A DNA stretch of 64,000 nt from Anaeramoeba ignava BMAN (lineage: Eukaryota; Protista; Anaeramoebae), in NCBI GenBank assembly GCA_028826165.1, contig JAPDFW010000063.1, positions 620,001 to 684,000 of the forward strand, given 5' to 3'. Below are positions 58,301 through 64,000 of this stretch, piece by piece. The notes under the pieces were generated by a model. It saw only the letters and a program-made list of their open reading frames with translations, was not told where the DNA came from and did no database searches. Within the stretch, counting starts at the first letter, position 1, and the number at the start of each line of letters is the position of its first letter. Position numbers and translations under genes: made by a program.

Positions 58301-61300
58301 ATATGATTTATCATCAATATTCCTAAAGAATTGTGTTCTGAGTTGATTTATAGCTTCTAAAAATTCATTTGTTGTTGTTGGGAATGCTGGTTGAAGATAA
58401 TGAAAAAATGGAGTAATTTTAATATCTTGCAAAATATATGAATAATAATCTGATCTTAAATTATCTGGAAATCTACATCCATAACTTATAAAAATTGATA
58501 AAATAATTCCAATCATCATTTTCCTTTTCTTTTGTTGAAATTTAGATTGCTTCATTGCTCTAAATTCTTCAGGATCAATAAAAAGGTTAAGTGTTAAACC
58601 ATCATTCAAAAGATATTCCCAAATTTTAAGTGTTCTTGCTGCATCTCTAAGTGAAATTGGAGTTTTTATATCAAATAATTTTAATTTTGCAAATTGATGT
58701 GTTTTGGAAAGTAAATGCCTAAAAAGTTCAATTGATTCATTAATTTCATCTTGAGTAAATCCCCAATTATTCCTAAATTTTTGTTTAATCATTTCATTTA
58801 AATAAAGTTTTTCACTTTCATCATCAAGTGATCCAAAATCAAAAATATGATCAAAAAATGAATCAGGAATTTCTCTAACTCGATAAACAGCTTTTTTTAA
58901 TTTTTTAACTTCTTTTGATCTTTCTCCATAATCAAAAATTGATTTCAATTCGAATCCAAATTCTTTTTCAATTTCATTTTCATTTTCATTTTCATTTTGA
59001 TTATTATTGTTATTATTATGATTTTGATTTTGATTTTGATTTTCATTTTGATTTTGATTTTGATTTTGATTTTGATTTTGATTTTGATTTTGATTTTGAT
59101 TTTGATTTTGATTTTGATTTTGATTTTGATTTTGATTTTCAATTTGATTTTGATCTGCTTTTGCTTCGGCTTTTCTATAAGGATTTGCAATTGCAATAAA
59201 TTGAAATTCTTTTGGAACTGTTTTTCCTTTATAAATTCTATCAATAATTAAATTCTTCATTAATGAAATACATTCTTTGGAAGCTGTATTAAATTGATCA
59301 AAAATAAATATTTGTGGAATATTTTCTCTTCTATTTGCTAACTTTTCTTCAATTATTTCACTTATCATTTCTTCTGTTGTTCCTCCATGAATATCTAAAA
59401 TGTTTAAAGGTTTTCCAAGTAAATCGTTAAATAAAAATTTGATTAATCTTGTTTTTCCACATCCTGTTTCTCCTAACATAATAACTGGTAATCCTGAAGA
59501 TAATCTTTGTTGAATTAAAACACATTTGATAAAATTATCATTTGTTAATCTATAATTTAAATTATTGATAATATTTGGTAAAATAAGTAATCTATTTTGT
59601 GCATCTCCAATTTTTAAAAGCAAATTTAAATTTTCTTGAATTGAATATTGATTTTCTGTTGAAATAGGTCCAAATGAAATATTTCTCCCTCTTAATCTAC
59701 TTTTTATTTCTTCAGAAAAAAATGTTTTTGTGATTTCATTTCGAGAAAGAACTTTAAAATAATCAATTGGTTGTTCTCTTTGACTTCTTGAAAAAGCTAC
59801 AATTTGTGAATCTTTCATTTTTTCATCCCATGATAAAGATGTTGTAAATTTATTACATTGAGATTCTTTTTTAATAATTTCAGTTGAAGAAAATGATCTT
59901 TTATTAATTGTAGATATTGTTTCAATTATTAAATTTGAAATTGAATTTCTGAATTCTTGAGCCATTTCTCTTTTATTTGCAAATAATCTTGTTGTTTCTG
60001 GATAAAAATCATTCCAATCTTTAATTAATTTAATATAAAATCCAAATAAATTCCAAAAATTGTTTAATAACATAAAAGTTGCTTCATTTTCATTAATTCT
60101 ATTAATTTCAAGAGTTTTATCAAATAATTGTTTTAGATTATAATTTGAATTTAGTAAAATTTCATCTCTTTTTGCAAAATTTAGATTATTAAAATTTTCT
60201 TCTTTTTGGTTTAAAAAATTTGAACAAATCACGATATTTTCATTAATATTTTGAATAATAATTTGGTTTTCATCAATTTCATATTTATATTTGCAAATAG
60301 TTTCTGAATCTGTTTTGCATTCTTTTTGTTCAATAAATTTAAGAGATGGGAAATATTTTAATCCAAATTCAGAATCTTTAACTCGTGAATTTGGAATTTC
60401 AAAATAAAACAAGTGTTTTTCTGGTTCAAAAATGAAAGTAGAATCATCATTTGAACATCTTTTATCTTCAATATTTCCAAATATTAATAATAACCAAATT
60501 AACTCAACTGTTTCATTTCCAGCAGAATAAGCTAAATCAAAATGGAAACATTTTCTTGAATTTGGTGATTTTTGTTCTTCTTCTATTAATTTTTGTATTA
60601 ATGATTTTGGATCATCTTTGAGAATATCAATATGGCAATATTTATATGGATTTTTTTTATTTTTTGTTTTGGAATTGATTTCAAATAATTCTTTTCTAAT
60701 TTGGAATGTTTTACCAGAACCTGCTAATTTTGAAATGAATACTTTCATTTTTTTAGATCTTTCTGGAAATTTCTCTTCCCATTCTTTTTGAATAAATTTT
60801 ATTTGTTTTGATATTTTTGTTTCTTGATCATCTTTATTCTTCTTTTCTGCTTTTTCCAATTTAAATTCATTTTGAATTTGATCTTGTTTTAAACTTGTGA
60901 AGAAAGAACTCAAATAATTTCTTGTTTCATTTGAATTTTCTAATGAAAATAACATTATTGATTTTTGTTTTGCTTGTGAATTATGTCTTCTTGTTGTTTT
61001 AAGTTTTGAAATCAATTTTTTTTGTAATGTTTTAGAAAGTTTATGAGGAAAAATAATTGAAAATAATTGATCATCAATTAATGTTTGTGATTTTTTAAAT
61101 AAAATAATAAATCTGGAAATATCATCTTCAGTTGTGTTTTTGTTACAAAAAAGAATTTGTTCTTTTGTTGGGAATTTTTTTGTGTATTTAAGATATAATG
61201 TTGTGAGAAATTCATAAATTTCCATTTCTTTTTGAATTTGAATAACAAATATTGGTTCTTGATTTTGTGGTGGCCAATTTGTGGAAAATAATTTTTGAAG

Positions 61301-63040
61301 TTCATTTTGTGATTTTGATTGTTTTTTTTTTGTTTGAATATCTGCTAATTCTCTTTTGAAAGAACGGAAATCTTTTGATTCATCATTTTTATTTCTTTTC
61401 CATTTAAAATTTTCATCTATTCCTGATAAATCAAGAGATGGTCTTATTTTTTCAATTTCTTTTGATTCTTTTGATTTAAGTGCATTATAAATTTCTTTAA
61501 TTTGATCAAATTGATTTTCAAGTTTTTGATGTAATTCTTGAATAAATAATTTAAAATCTTCTTCTTCTTTTTCATTTCTTTCCCATTTAAATTCTGAATT
61601 AATTTTTGATAAATGAAGAATTGGTTCAATTTTTTTAATTTCATCTCCATTATTTGATTTAAGAGAATTGTAAATAATTTTGATTTGATCATAAGAATAA
61701 AAGAAACTGTAAAAATATTTTCTAATTACTTCTTTTTCTATTTCTGTCCATTCCTTTTTCAATTTTCTCATTTCATCAATTATATTTTGCAAACTGTTTC
61801 TTGATTTAATTTCATTTTTAATAGAATAGCCTTTAATGAATTTAGGATGAATTGATTTCTTGAAATGATCAAATAAATTAATCATTTCTTGTATAAGTGG
61901 AATATAACCAGTAAACTTTTGTACTTTTGTGTCTTTTTCTTCATTTTCAAGTAATAGCATATTAATATCAACAAAATCTTGTAAAGAAAATTTATTTTGA
62001 TCATTTTTCTCTTTTAATTTAAAAATTTCACATTCAAATTCAATTTCATCTTTAATTTCAAATTTAAATGTTTTATTGGGGTTAGATAAAATATTTTCTA
62101 AATTTTTGAATGCTTTTTGTTTAGGTGTTTCAAGTTTTTGTCTGATTAAATCAATAATTTCTGGTAACGAAATGAAAATTTGTTTAATAGTTCTTGATTG
62201 TTGATCTTGATTAAATCCAAGTGATGATTTCTTTTTCCAATTTTTTTCATTTTCTTTGATTAAATTAATTAATTTGCTTAAAGTTGTAATTCTTGATTTT
62301 TCTTCTGATAAAAATTTTTCAAGTCTACTTCTAATATAATCAAAAGGTGCTTCAAAAATAAAAAACTCTTCATCAATCAAATCCATTACATTACTCCAAT
62401 CGTCTGTATATTCTTTCATAAAATTGAATAATTGATCATTAAAAATTGGAACACCATCTCTTACTTCTTTTATAGGGAAAATATCTGAAAGGAATGAAAA
62501 AAATTCTGGATTTAAACCTTGAATAAATTTTTGATAAAGGTTATAAAATGATTCAACATATTTTAAACTTTTAGTTTCTATTGATTTTCCAAAAATTGAT
62601 TTAAATTCTTCAAATTCTTTATCTTTTAATTCAAATTTTTCACAAAAGTGAATAAAAACTGGATAATTTTGATTTGATTCTTTTCCAAATTCAAAAAAAG
62701 GAAAGTAAAGTGAATTTGAATGGATTTTTCTTTCTATTGAATCACCAAATTGAAGGATATTTTTATTGGAAGAATCTTCAGTAATAACAAAATAAAAAGG
62801 AACTTCTAATATTTTGTTTAAATCAAGTTGCAAATACCAAATTGATTCATTTTCGTTTAGTTGATCCATTTCATGAATTTCATTTTCATTTTCTTTTTCA
62901 ATTTCTTTTTCTTTTTCTTTTTCTTTTTGTTTTTGTTTTTGAGGAATAACAATGAAAACTTTTTCTTTTTCTTTTTTCTTTTTAGGATCAATTAAAAGGG
63001 AAATTTGAATTAAATTTTGTTTTAAATTATTTAATTCCAT
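55323..63040 (-). CDS. RNF213/mysterin-like multi-AAA+ protein (~2,450 aa) lacking a recognisable RING/RZ E3 module; intron 57944-58194; frameshifts near 57500 and 56130
   Basis: SKLAGSGKT, PVIMLGETGCGKTRLIKFL, IHGGTT, IANPYRK, VYRVREIP, DFGSL, SLRD, NEALTENL, PLFIIGKPG|TSKS, LQCSP, VVLLDEVALAE, ISNWKLDASKTNRG, FFGLRDFYYLIK, RNFGG and LYDVLNQRY, all collinear with the RNF213 AAA core. Confidence 0.88.
57944..58194 (-). repeat. 251-nt GT-AG intron made almost entirely of (AAAATT)n, splitting a Walker A motif
   Basis: CCA G|GTAAAT...(AAAATT)n...TTAG|GA ACT TCA AAA TCA restores GKPGTSKS. Confidence 0.92.
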
Positions 63041-63487
63041 TTTTAAAAAAAAAATGAAAAAAAATGAATAAAAACTTTTTTATTTTTTTTATTTAAATTT
63101 AATTTTTTTGCCTGCATTTTATTTTAAATTAAATTTTTTTTATTTATTTTTTTTGGACACTTTTTTTCTTAATTTTTTTCAATTAGATCTATATTTAATA
63201 TTATTTGGATCATCTTTTAATGAAATGAATAAAATTAAATTTAAGAAAACAAATTACATTTTGAATTAACTTTTTTATTTTTTGCTTTTTTTTTTTTTAC
63301 AATTAATTGATTTCTTTATTAGAAAAAAATTAAAATAAAGTCAGACAACTCAAAAATAATTGTTTTTTAAATAATAAATTAAAAAACAATAAAAAGGAAT
63401 AATAAAATTTATTCAAAATTAATTTTAAAGAATTTTTTAATGGGAATTAATTAATTTAAATTATTTTATTTTTGAAAAAAACAATTA

Positions 63488-64000
<513 letters not shown>

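Noticed and set aside
16295-62762. Other ATATCCT matches (16297 on +, ~62755-62761 on -) as additional U12 donors
   Set aside because: They lie within continuous open reading frames with no sign of interruption.

Overview
Extremely AT-rich, gene-dense, intron-containing eukaryotic DNA with no rRNA, tRNA, CRISPR or transposase seen. The expanded BTB/ankyrin/RCC1/TLDc families, TCATTT initiator-like elements and a nuclear intein suggest an anaerobic protist such as Anaeramoeba (inference only). About 22 protein genes can be supported: CEP76/CC2D2A-like (5'-partial), ACTR10, two BTB-TLDc, NOMO-like, tandem-BRCT, CDC20, RCC1-BTB, three tandem ankyrin-BTB paralogues, CSL4, coronin-7-like, BLOC1S5, a centrosomin-CM1 coiled-coil protein, HIT, an enkurin-domain gene, myotubularin, an F-box/TMEM185-like fusion, a 4xRRM protein and an RNF213-like AAA+ protein. 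Many are broken by 1-nt homopolymer indels, probably long-read errors. Main highlights: (1) a 372-aa Ser...His-Asn/Thr intein at 47204-48319, inserted right after the HCSDGWDR catalytic loop of myotubularin, resembling giant-virus PolB inteins and with a degenerate LAGLIDADG domain; (2) an AT-AC intron with a U12-type ATATCCTTT donor in ACTR10 (2600-2733), implying a minor spliceosome; (3) ankyrin arrays of near-identical 102-bp units with position-restricted variable residues, fused to BTB domains; (4) an RNF213-like AAA+ core without the E3 module and with a natural Walker B E-to-Q change; (5) recurrent non-coding signals (tandem TCATTT, TATTCCACTTT, 145-165-bp satellites, A-rich 3' splice sites). 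All family calls come from motif recognition by eye, not database searches.
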